From Psychrobacillus sp. FSL K6-4046 (GTDB lineage Bacteria; Bacillota; Bacilli; Bacillales_A; Planococcaceae), in NCBI RefSeq assembly GCF_038624605.1, contig NZ_CP152020.1:1077312-1109311 (forward strand): 32,000 bases of DNA, read 5' to 3'. The notes beneath the pieces are model-generated. The model made no database searches and was not told where the DNA came from. It saw nothing but the letters and a program-made list of their open reading frames with translations. A program made the translations under genes and the position numbers. Positions 19,101 through 26,646 of the stretch are shown one piece after another (position 1 is the stretch's first letter; each line of letters starts with the position of its first letter).

Positions 19101-19690
19101 CAGCAGATGAAGATAATATCCTTCCGATCTTGCCAGGTACTTATTTCGAAGATGACATTGTAACAAGATTCGTTGATTTCGTTCGTGTCACATTTAGTGA
19201 AGAAACGCTTCAAGAGAATCTTGATTTTGTGGCGGATGCTGTTGGTCGGAAGAAGAATGAAACAGCGAGGGAAGTATTGCGTCGTTACTTCTTGAATGAT
19301 TTTTATAAAAATCATGTACAAGTGTATAGCAAGCGTCCTATTTACTGGCTGTTTACATCCGGCAAGGAAAAAGCGTTTAATTGTCTCATATATATGCATC
19401 GCTATGACAAAACGACGCTTTCTCGTATTAGGACTGACTATTTGCATGAGGTTCAGACTCGCTTGGATGCGGAGAAAAAGGACTTGCTTGACATCATTGA
19501 AGGGGATTCCACAACGAAGGAAATCAGCGATGCGAAAAAAGAATTGAAATCACTCAATAAAAAAATCGACGAGTTGAAAGATTATGACGAGCTGTTGCAT
19601 CATATGGCAGATATGCAGATTGAGATTGATTTGGATGACGGTGTGAAAGTGAATTATGAGAAGTTTAATGGGTTAGTGGCGAAGATTTGA
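16172..19690 (+). CDS. pglX: BREX N6-adenine DNA methyltransferase PglX
   Basis: 1172 aa. Catalytic NPPY at 17639-17650 (VIMNPPYMGSGS). SAM-binding-like FDPAMGSGHIL. Type IIG-like C-terminal specificity region. RBS AGGAGG. Confidence 0.9.
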   Translation: MNKTALKNFATSARKELLERVELQARKLGITAESIQTANIESSDAVFIDGKQLLDTERRQRNKLIARINEIGFNRVMEETSYTWFNRFIALRYMEVNDYLPTKVRVLSSNSGSAEPDMMKEALSLDLELDKEYVYDLKVNNKTDELFKYLIKMHCNDLNRYLPFMFETIEDYTEILFPEGLLGTDSFVRQMTNIEEIPEGNWEKIEVIGWLYQYYIAEEKDRVFKAKTKYKTEEIPFATQLFTPDWIVQYMVQNSLGRYWVEAHPEHRDLLDGWEFYLENKQEDFQDKIAQYVNKEINVEDIKCFDPAMGSGHILVYMFDVLYEIYSKCGYMEREIPRLIIENNLYGLDIDDRAYQLASFSVVMKGLQYNRRFLRSIEKDGLTINLASVQETNGWTEDEIEYVAGQGNGVKFEHTKAFIDQFNNAKTFGSLIKVRQSDLSILENRLHEIKLSPVEDIFQTEKRERALALFPQLIKQTNIMKKQYDIVIMNPPYMGSGSMNKVLSDFLRINYPDSKSDLFASFMEVNHYLKQNSFYAAINQHSWMFLSSFEKLREKVIKTKFIDSMLHLGPRAFEEIGGEVVQSTAFVLRNTEVPDSKGTYLRLIKEKTASEKKEKVVKAVQNPSVSYRYLFDQVNFSNIPGSPVAYWMSDRIGQLFKTTPNVSEVASARLGLATGDNDRFMREWFEVSKENTAFNMSSREEAKLSNIKWFPMNKGGSYRKWYGNNDLVVNWQNDGEEIRNFKDNFGKLRSRPQNLRDCFVPGISWTVISSKSSFRYSPEGFLYNNKGPCINSTNEENDTTLLGILNSKVTEYILQLLSPTIGFEAGYISKIPIVFEQDIQPTLNNIVRQNILISKNEWDSRETSWDFGKHPFVKKLSSKVELAFNEWKESSEEQFRNLKLNEEEINHILIEIYGLQNELTPQVEEKDVTIHKADLERDIKSFISYAVGCSFGRYSLDEEGLIYAGGEFDISRYKTFPADEDNILPILPGTYFEDDIVTRFVDFVRVTFSEETLQENLDFVADAVGRKKNETAREVLRRYFLNDFYKNHVQVYSKRPIYWLFTSGKEKAFNCLIYMHRYDKTTLSRIRTDYLHEVQTRLDAEKKDLLDIIEGDSTTKEISDAKKELKSLNKKIDELKDYDELLHHMADMQIEIDLDDGVKVNYEKFNGLVAKI

Positions 19691-19780
19691 CTTTGCAACG
19701 AGGGGCAATTCGTATGTTGAATTGCTTCGTTTCAACTTACGAGATAAAGAAAATCTAAACAATTGAAAAGAGGGGAAAAG

Positions 19781-20416
19781 ATGGAAGATGTTTTTTCAAA
19801 TAACATTGACATTAACAAAAATGCTTATATAAATTGGCGGATTGAAAAACATAATCCTATTAAAAATATGTTGACCATAGCTGATGGTTTTATGGAATCT
19901 TCTATTATATTAGCAGAACAGGCTTTAGAAGATAATAGGGATAAAAAAGCAGATATCATAATCTACCCTATCCTTTTTAATGCTAACCATGCAATTGAAT
20001 TGTATTTGAAGGCAATTGGATGGACAGTTAATATACTTCTCCATAATGATAAAAAAGTAGAAGGCGGACATGATATTCAGCAAATCCTTAATGTAGTTAA
20101 ATCAAGAGTTAATGAATTTGAGATGGATAAGGATCGAAAGAAAACTTTCAAAGAGTTGATAAGCAATCTGGAGAATTATATTAAGGAACTATTTTTAAAA
20201 ATTGAAACAGAAGATGGTGGAAAAAAGAAAGGTAACATGGATTTTTCCAGATATCCTTTTGATACGAAGTATGTATCGCATTTCTATATAGAAACATTTG
20301 ATAATGTTGTCGTAGATTTAGAGAACTTTGTTGAAAAATTTAAAGAAATAGGACAGAACTTGAACCAAATTGCGTTCCATTATCTATATGATTTTTTACT
20401 TGCTGAAAATGAATGA
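19781..20416 (+). CDS. HEPN-like all-alpha protein inserted between pglX and pglZ (211 aa)
   Basis: ATG 19781 lies 5 nt after GAGGGG; the ORF track starts at TTG 19763. The motif series LFNANHAIELYLKAIG ... GGHDIQQIL ... FSRYPFD matches my recollection of the classical HEPN pattern (AvEkaLKA ... tHdL..L ... RYp). I find no canonical Rx4-6H. It is visibly more AT-rich than the flanking BREX genes. Confidence 0.45.
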   Translation: MEDVFSNNIDINKNAYINWRIEKHNPIKNMLTIADGFMESSIILAEQALEDNRDKKADIIIYPILFNANHAIELYLKAIGWTVNILLHNDKKVEGGHDIQQILNVVKSRVNEFEMDKDRKKTFKELISNLENYIKELFLKIETEDGGKKKGNMDFSRYPFDTKYVSHFYIETFDNVVVDLENFVEKFKEIGQNLNQIAFHYLYDFLLAENE

Positions 20417-20456
20417 GAGCTTGGGCAATATTGGTTTATGAAAGTAGGTGAGGTCA

Positions 20457-23015
20457 ATGAATATTAGTCAAATTGAATCCGCACTAAAGGATATTTTTAA
20501 TGAACCGCTAAAAGACGGTGAACAGCGAAAGATTGTATTCTGGGTGGACAAGGACGGAGAATTTATTGAAGAGATTGAGCAATTGAAGATTGCTGGTGTT
20601 AGAGTCCAAACATTATCTAATCAGAACCAATTTTACATGAAGCATTTGTTGGAGGTAGAAGATCCGATCTCTTCCTATTTAATCTATACAAATTTGGAGT
20701 TAGGTGTAGAGGATAACTGGTTGGCAGATACAGTTTTGTATTCGAAGACGTTTTTTGCGGATCGGGTATCGCTTATTTTGAGTGAGCTTCAGATTGACCC
20801 ATCCCTTAGAGCTGTAATTAAAAAATATGAGCGTTTTTTCAATAATAAGGAACGTTTTAAAAAATTTCAGGCACTCGGTATAGAAGGTTTTACAGAAGAA
20901 AAAATCGAGTTAGCAATAATGAGTGTTTTGTGTAACGAGAAGACACCTGATTTTGAAGGTGTGTTAAAGGCTGTTCTGATGGATACGCTGAATGATAGTG
21001 ATAACAAGTATTTATCACATATGGATAAATATTTTGATATAATCGTGTTCTGGAAGTATGTTGCGAATAAATACGGGTATGAGCGTGAAACAAAGACATT
21101 AAAGACTTTATTTATGCATTTAACTGTGACGGCATTAAGTCACTCCATTAGTGAGAATTCTTTAACGGCCGTCAAAGAATTTATTGCAGTGCGAAATAAA
21201 ACAAATGCATTAGTATTTATTGACCACTGGATGCATCATAAAACGGATTATTCTGTGTTTGATGAATATGCTGATATGGTTGAACAAGAAATTCAACTTT
21301 CTAATATCATGCAATCTATTCCATTAGAAGAATTCAAACAAGCAGATACATTCTCATATATCGATAAAGCCATTATTATTTATATTGCGAACAGCCTTAT
21401 GGAGAAGTTAGAAGATTATGAGGAATATTCGAAGCTGATTAAATTAAGACGTGCGAAACATTACTATGAGCAATATGCGTCCGTTTATAATGCACTTTAT
21501 TATACGGTGAAAATGCATGCATTTTATAAAGAGCATCAAAAAGGAATGCCACAAGGGCAAGCTATTGATCTGTATCAGGCTTATGTAAACGAGTTCTCTA
21601 AAATGGATACATATTATCGTAAGTTCTATGTTGCATACGATGAAGAAAGTAACCATGAGTTATTGAAGAAGTTAAAAGAACTTGTGGAAAACATGTACAC
21701 AAATTGGTATATGGGTGAGTTAAGCTCTCACTGGTCACAGGCAGTAAAAAGTGAAATGATGAATAATTGGACACTTCCTGGTCTGCAAAATCAACAAAGT
21801 TTCTATTCGTCTTTCATTGCACCGCATATCCGTAGAGGTGAGCGTGCGTTTGTTATCATTTCAGATGCTATGCGATATGAAGTAGGAGTTGAACTTGCTG
21901 AGCGATTGAATTCTGAAACGATGGGGATTTGTGATATACAGACGCAACTTGGTGTGTTGCCATCTGTCACAAAACTAGGCATGGCTTCACTCCTCCCACA
22001 TCGAAACTTGGATTTTGATGAGAATGGACGTGTACTTGTAAATGACAGAGACTCGTCAGGACTCGAAAGTCGTAAGAAGATTATCGAGTCATATGTGGAA
22101 GATAGTGTTGTGATGCATTTTCAAGATGTGTTTGATATGAATAAAGCAGGTAGACGTGAAACGTTTAAAGGAAAGAAACTTATCTACTTATACCACGATA
22201 CAATTGATGCGATGGGTGATAAGGCATCTACGGAGATATACACCTTTAATGCAGTAGAAACTGCCTTGAATCAGTTGTATGACTTAGTGAAAATCATTCG
22301 AGATGATTTGAGTGGAACAAATGTATACATTACTGCAGATCACGGTTTTCTTTATCAACGAGATACGCTTCCAGAAAGTGATAAGATTGAAAAGGAGTCA
22401 ATAGATGTTATAGAAGTGAAACGTCGCTACTTACTTTCAAAAGAAAAACGTGAGATCTCAGGGCAACTTGCGATTGATTTGTCAACAATCGTGGATAACG
22501 AACAACAATTGACAGCTTATGTACCAAACGGAACAATTCGCAATCGGATGCAAGGCTCTGGAGTAAACTTTGTCCACGGTGGTGCAAGCCTTCAGGAAAT
22601 CGTTGTACCAGTGCTGTCCTTTAAAAATAAACGAGCAGGTCAAAAAGGTTCGCAAGCAATCCAAAAAGTAGACATTAGGCTGACCAACACGACACGCAAA
22701 ATTACGAATAGTATCTTTAACTTAGAGTTCTTCCAAACAGAAAAAGTAGAAGAAAAAATGGTATCTCGTACAGTTCTCATTTATATGGGCGATGATGAAG
22801 GAAATATACTATCGAACGAAGAAACGATAATAGGGGATCGCTCTTATGATAATCCTGCAGAACGTACATTTAAGCTTCAGTTTGTCTTGAAAAGCATATC
22901 TTATGATCGAAGCAAGACGTATTATTTAATAATTAAAGATATGGAAACTGGTGTTATTACTGAAAAAATACCGTTTACAATTAACTTAGGAATTGTTAGC
23001 GATTTTGATTTTTAA
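20457..23015 (+). CDS. pglZ: BREX alkaline-phosphatase-superfamily protein PglZ
   Basis: 852-855 aa (GTG 20448 or ATG 20457). PglZ-like core AFVIISDAMRYEVG ... YITADHGF. Canonical position before brxL. Confidence 0.9.
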   Translation: MNISQIESALKDIFNEPLKDGEQRKIVFWVDKDGEFIEEIEQLKIAGVRVQTLSNQNQFYMKHLLEVEDPISSYLIYTNLELGVEDNWLADTVLYSKTFFADRVSLILSELQIDPSLRAVIKKYERFFNNKERFKKFQALGIEGFTEEKIELAIMSVLCNEKTPDFEGVLKAVLMDTLNDSDNKYLSHMDKYFDIIVFWKYVANKYGYERETKTLKTLFMHLTVTALSHSISENSLTAVKEFIAVRNKTNALVFIDHWMHHKTDYSVFDEYADMVEQEIQLSNIMQSIPLEEFKQADTFSYIDKAIIIYIANSLMEKLEDYEEYSKLIKLRRAKHYYEQYASVYNALYYTVKMHAFYKEHQKGMPQGQAIDLYQAYVNEFSKMDTYYRKFYVAYDEESNHELLKKLKELVENMYTNWYMGELSSHWSQAVKSEMMNNWTLPGLQNQQSFYSSFIAPHIRRGERAFVIISDAMRYEVGVELAERLNSETMGICDIQTQLGVLPSVTKLGMASLLPHRNLDFDENGRVLVNDRDSSGLESRKKIIESYVEDSVVMHFQDVFDMNKAGRRETFKGKKLIYLYHDTIDAMGDKASTEIYTFNAVETALNQLYDLVKIIRDDLSGTNVYITADHGFLYQRDTLPESDKIEKESIDVIEVKRRYLLSKEKREISGQLAIDLSTIVDNEQQLTAYVPNGTIRNRMQGSGVNFVHGGASLQEIVVPVLSFKNKRAGQKGSQAIQKVDIRLTNTTRKITNSIFNLEFFQTEKVEEKMVSRTVLIYMGDDEGNILSNEETIIGDRSYDNPAERTFKLQFVLKSISYDRSKTYYLIIKDMETGVITEKIPFTINLGIVSDFDF

Positions 23016-23031
23016 TTGAGGGGGTGAAATC

Positions 23032-25089
23032 ATGGAAGAGAGAGTGGAAGAAACGTTGACGCTTGATCTTGATAAAAAGCTGAATGAAGCATTTGCAGGT
23101 CGTGTCGTCCGTAAAGACTTGACGAAACTTATCAAAGAAGGGGCAAACGTGCCTATATATGTGCTGGAATACTTGCTTGGCATGTATGCTGCCACAGATG
23201 ATGAAGAAAGTATTCAACAAGGTGTAGACCGTGTTAAAAAGATTCTCTCTGATAATTTTGTTCGTCCAGATGAAGCAGAGAAAATTAAATCACGTATTCG
23301 TGAGCTTGGTCAATATTCAATTATTGATAAGGTGACAGTGGCCTTGAATCCCAAGATTGACACTTATGAAGCAGAGTTTTCTAATCTTGGATTAAAAGGT
23401 GTTCCTATTTCCTCTAACTTAGTGAAAGAGTTCGATAAGCTCTTAGTTGGTGGTATTTGGTGCATGATCAAGATTGATTATTTTTATGATGAAGAAACAA
23501 AGGTAATGAATCCTTTTAGTGTCTGTAGTTTGCAACCAATTCAAATGCCGAATATGGATATGGAAGAGGTGTTTGAAGGGCGAAAACAGTTCACTAAAAA
23601 AGAGTGGATTGATGTTTTAATTCGTTCAACTGGAATGGAACCAACACAATTAGAGGAACGTGTGAAATGGCATCTGCTGTTAAGACTCGTGCCTTTAGTG
23701 GAAAATAACTACAACATGTGTGAACTCGGCCCTCGTGGTACAGGTAAATCGCATGTTTACAAAGAAATTAGTCCGAATTCTATATTAGTTTCAGGTGGAC
23801 AATCTACCGTAGCTAATCTCTTTTATAACATGACTACCCGTAAGGTAGGATTGGTAGGTATGTGGGATACCGTGGCTTTTGATGAAGTGGCAGGGATTCA
23901 CTTTAAAGATAAAGACGGAATCCAAATTATGAAGGATTATATGGCATCGGGAAGTTTCGCTCGTGGCAAAGAAGAGAAAAATGCTTCGGCTTCTATGGTG
24001 TTTGTCGGAAATATTAATCAAAGTGTAGATGTATTATTGAAAACTTCACATCTATTCGCCCCCTTCCCACCAGAAATGGCAAATGACACTGCTTTCTTTG
24101 ATCGTATGCACTATTATATGCCTGGTTGGGAAATTCCTAAGATGCGACCTGATTTATTTACTGATAAGTATGGATTTATTGTTGATTATCTTGCTGAATT
24201 TTTCCGTGAAATGCGTAAACGACAGTATGCAGATTCAATAGACCGTTATTTCAAGCTTGGAAACAACTTGAATCAACGAGATACAGTCGCAGTTCGAAAG
24301 ACTGTTTCTGGTATGGTAAAACTCATTTATCCGAATGGTGAATTCACGAAAGAAGATGTAGAGGAAATCTTACAATATGCTCTTGAAGGTCGTCGTCGTG
24401 TTAAGGAACAGCTTAAGAAAATCGGTGGCATGGAGTTTTATGATGTGATGTTTTCGTATATCGATAAAGAGTCGTTGAACGAAGAATATGTATCTGTTCC
24501 AGAACAAGGTGGAGGAAAGCTCATACCAGAAGGAATGGGTAAACCAGGCCATGTGTACGTGGTAGGACACGGTCAGACGGGTATGATAGGTGTTTACAAG
24601 CTAGAGAACCAAGTTGTAAGTGGAACTGGGAAGTTTGATAGGTCCGGCTTAGGATCCTCGAGAGACGCTAAAGAAAGTCTTGATACTGCTTTCAGGTATT
24701 TCACTGCCAATAGCAAAAGTATTAGTAATTTAATCAGCACAAAAACTAAAGATTACCTAATGCACATAAGTGACCTGCAGGGGATTGGTATTACAAGTGA
24801 ACTTGCTGTAGCTGAACTAATTGGTTTATGCTCTGGAGCACTAGAGAAACCGGTCCAAGAGAGTATGGTTATTATCGGAAACATGACTGTTGGCGGAACG
24901 ATTGCAAAGGTTGAAGAATTTGCGAATACATTACAAGTATGTGTAGATGCTGGTGCTAAAAAAGTGTTGATACCAGCAGCATCTGTAATGGATTTGCAGA
25001 CGGTTCCACCAGACTTACTAGTAAAGGTACAACCAGTGTTTTATGCAGATCCTATAGATGCAGTGTTTAAAGCGTTAGGAGTTAATTAG
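23032..25089 (+). CDS. brxL: BREX Lon-like protease/ATPase BrxL
   Basis: 685 aa. Walker A GPRGTGKS at 23728-23751. C-terminal Lon protease-like domain (GLCSGAL ... GAKKVLIP). RBS GAGGGGGTG. Confidence 0.9.
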   Translation: MEERVEETLTLDLDKKLNEAFAGRVVRKDLTKLIKEGANVPIYVLEYLLGMYAATDDEESIQQGVDRVKKILSDNFVRPDEAEKIKSRIRELGQYSIIDKVTVALNPKIDTYEAEFSNLGLKGVPISSNLVKEFDKLLVGGIWCMIKIDYFYDEETKVMNPFSVCSLQPIQMPNMDMEEVFEGRKQFTKKEWIDVLIRSTGMEPTQLEERVKWHLLLRLVPLVENNYNMCELGPRGTGKSHVYKEISPNSILVSGGQSTVANLFYNMTTRKVGLVGMWDTVAFDEVAGIHFKDKDGIQIMKDYMASGSFARGKEEKNASASMVFVGNINQSVDVLLKTSHLFAPFPPEMANDTAFFDRMHYYMPGWEIPKMRPDLFTDKYGFIVDYLAEFFREMRKRQYADSIDRYFKLGNNLNQRDTVAVRKTVSGMVKLIYPNGEFTKEDVEEILQYALEGRRRVKEQLKKIGGMEFYDVMFSYIDKESLNEEYVSVPEQGGGKLIPEGMGKPGHVYVVGHGQTGMIGVYKLENQVVSGTGKFDRSGLGSSRDAKESLDTAFRYFTANSKSISNLISTKTKDYLMHISDLQGIGITSELAVAELIGLCSGALEKPVQESMVIIGNMTVGGTIAKVEEFANTLQVCVDAGAKKVLIPAASVMDLQTVPPDLLVKVQPVFYADPIDAVFKALGVN

Positions 25090-25090
25090 T

Positions 25091-25119
25091 CTCGTTCATA
25101 TTTGAACGAGGCTTTTTTT
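25091..25119 (+). terminator. rho-independent terminator of the BREX operon
   Basis: CTCGTTCA (25091-25098) pairs with TGAACGAG (25103-25110), followed by GCTTTTTTT. Confidence 0.8.
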
Positions 25120-25294
25120 ATACAGAAGATGTTTGATTGGATAGAGGAGTCTGAAGGTTATAGGTGGGGTTAGCGATGTGTAAAGTAATGGTGATTACTT
25201 TTTTTAAAGAGATAGATATGATGCTACTACCGCACCTCAAATCACCTAAATTTTGCCGGTAGCATGTATATAAATAGAAGTAAATCTAATAAAG

Positions 25295-25336
25295 AAAAAG
25301 CCTACCAGCAACTATAAATATCGGAAGGCTTTTTCT
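25295..25336. terminator. possible bidirectional terminator downstream of the TIR gene
   Basis: AAAAAGCCT ... AGGCTTTTT with a ~22-nt loop and A/T runs on both sides. It lies ~55 nt past the TIR stop on the minus strand. The large loop lowers confidence. Confidence 0.4.
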
Positions 25337-25388
25337 GTTCAATTAAAATATAGTAGTTTATTAACAAAATTGAATAGAAAAATAGAGC

Positions 25389-26072
25389 TCAAATGGTGAC
25401 AAGTTCTGTAAGTTTGGTCACGACGTCTTCTATCGGTTCTTCGGCAGTACTCAGACCACTTCGTGAACCAAGCAAAGGACTGACTTCGCGTAGAGCTTCA
25501 TACGTAGTGCCGTGCACAATCGGAATGAGACGCTCGCCAGAGAGGAGTACCGAAAGTTCTTTGTCGGCAATACCCTCTGTTTGGAGGCGACTTAGCAACG
25601 CAGGGGTCACCAGCACAAGCCCAACTCGCGATTTCGCCAACCCCTTGTCTATTGCACGAAGTAGCGGCACGCCGAGGCCAACGTCTTTTTCACTGAACCA
25701 GACGGAGACACCTTGTGCCTCAAGCAGGTCGTGCAGATCCTTGGCGACTCCCTTCCGATCGTCCCAAGCATGGCAGAGGAAGACGTCCCTAAGGTCAAGA
25801 TCATCTCGCTCAGCCAGCTTTTCGACGCTGTTACGGATTGGTGTGAGTGCCCTAACTTCTTGAATCGTGTACACCACAGACGAACCTGCTCCCGACCAAC
25901 GTGGTTTTGCACTGCTGCCGGACCCTCCGCTACTACTTAAGCTGCCTCCACTTCTATAAGATGGGGGTGAGTACGACCTATAGTTGCTACTGTATCTCCC
26001 ACCGCACGCTGGGCAGTTGGCTCGTGCACTGGCTGATTGATGCCCCCTTACTGGAGCCGTACATCTAGCCAT
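25389..26072 (-). CDS. stand-alone TIR-domain protein with a Cys-containing, Ser/Gly-rich N-terminal extension
   Basis: 227 aa. TIR-like core: DVFLCHAWDDRKGVAKDLHDLLEAQGVSVWFSEKDVGLGVPLLRAIDKGLAKSRVGLVLVTPALL. N-terminus: MARCTAPVRGHQSASARANCPACGG, followed by an S/G/Y-rich low-complexity stretch. RBS GGGGGT lies 7 nt upstream. Three 60-nt lines I counted give 52%, 60% and 52% GC, against 40% for a brxL line. Confidence 0.8.
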   Translation of the reverse strand: MARCTAPVRGHQSASARANCPACGGRYSSNYRSYSPPSYRSGGSLSSSGGSGSSAKPRWSGAGSSVVYTIQEVRALTPIRNSVEKLAERDDLDLRDVFLCHAWDDRKGVAKDLHDLLEAQGVSVWFSEKDVGLGVPLLRAIDKGLAKSRVGLVLVTPALLSRLQTEGIADKELSVLLSGERLIPIVHGTTYEALREVSPLLGSRSGLSTAEEPIEDVVTKLTELVTI

Positions 26073-26169
26073 GCAAATTACCCCCTAACTTAATGAGTAA
26101 TGACCATTTTATTAAATTCATTTCAGTTGCCTCCCAGGTGTTCTGTTTATTTTTTTGTTCCCTTCTCAT
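26065..26169 (-). CDS. unannotated 34-codon sORF overlapping the TIR start codon
   Basis: Below the ORF-track size cut-off. AAAGGAGGT, 6 nt, then ATG (26169-26167). Manual translation: MRREQKNKQNTWEATEMNLIKWSLLIKLGGNLHG*. Its TAG (26067-26065) lies inside ATGGCTAG, an 8-nt overlap with the TIR ORF. Confidence 0.45.
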   Translation of the reverse strand: MRREQKNKQNTWEATEMNLIKWSLLIKLGGNLHG

Positions 26170-26377
26170 CGTATGACCTCCTTTATTAATTGACTATCTT
26201 CTCAAAGGAACTGAATTTTTTTCATTAAAAGAAAATAGCAATCTATCTAGGATATACGGTTAGTATGAAATAATAGTTTCATCTTTCTGTAAATTATTTC
26301 TCGGTTCTTGACGAAGAAATATATTAGTGAGGATATGTTCTTTACTAATCTCTTTATACAATTCTATCCCGGAAGTT

Positions 26378-26403
26378 GAATAAGAATAAGAATAAGAATA
26401 AGA
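26378..26403. repeat. hexanucleotide tandem repeat (GAATAA) x ~4.3
   Basis: GAATAAGAATAAGAATAAGAATAAGA in the divergent intergenic region between the TIR gene and the 649-aa gene. Confidence 0.8.
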
Positions 26404-26577
26404 GCTGCCTGAGCAATCCAACGATTTTTAACTAAAGAACCCGTTTACTTTAACTGCGACTATTCACAACATTTAAAAGAAACAAATAACGACCGGAATT
26501 CATTAAGTAATAGCTATCCGCATAGGGTGGTTATTTAACTTATTTTTATTTATAATATAAATGATAAATTATTTTGG

Positions 26578-26605
26578 TCCGATATTTTTTATATCGGATT
26601 TTTTT
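26578..26605 (+). terminator. strong intrinsic terminator / possible attenuator 40-110 nt upstream of the 649-aa gene
   Basis: TCCGATAT (26578-26585) pairs with ATATCGGA (26591-26598) across a 5-nt loop, then T7. It is functional only on the + strand, and no + strand ORF lies upstream of it. Confidence 0.6.
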
Positions 26606-26646
26606 CATCTAATTTTGTACCCTTTTTAAATGGTTTAAAGAAATAA

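Noticed and set aside
16172-19690. Phase variation or shufflon-type switching of pglX.
   Set aside because: I saw no homopolymer or short tandem repeat tract in the 5' part of the gene, no partial duplicate of the specificity region and no inverted repeats flanking it. The only recombinases in the window are about 10 kb away.
13151-24570. About 18 short antisense or alternative-frame ORFs (60-132 aa) inside brxC, pglX, pglZ and brxL, for example 13372..13674 -, 16712..17110 -, 18322..18705 -, 19082..19447 - and 23791..24021 -.
   Set aside because: They are fully nested in long, motif-bearing BREX genes. Their products are low-complexity or Cys/Phe/Ile-rich, and none has a ribosome-binding site. 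They are typical shadow ORFs.
25176-25262. A 28-codon sORF (MCKVMVITFFKEIDMMLLPHLKSPKFCR) preceded by AGGTGGGG, between the BREX terminator and the TIR terminator.
   Set aside because: ORFs of this length are frequent by chance in AT-rich DNA. It has no coupling to a neighbouring gene and nothing to show conservation.
25393-25940. Three ORFs overlapping the TIR gene (25393..25863 +, 25713..25940 +, 25649..25912 -).
   Set aside because: Long alternative-frame ORFs are expected in a GC-rich segment, where stop codons are rare. They give low-complexity Ser/Arg/Thr-rich products and have no SD. The 227-aa minus-strand frame carries a coherent TIR motif series.
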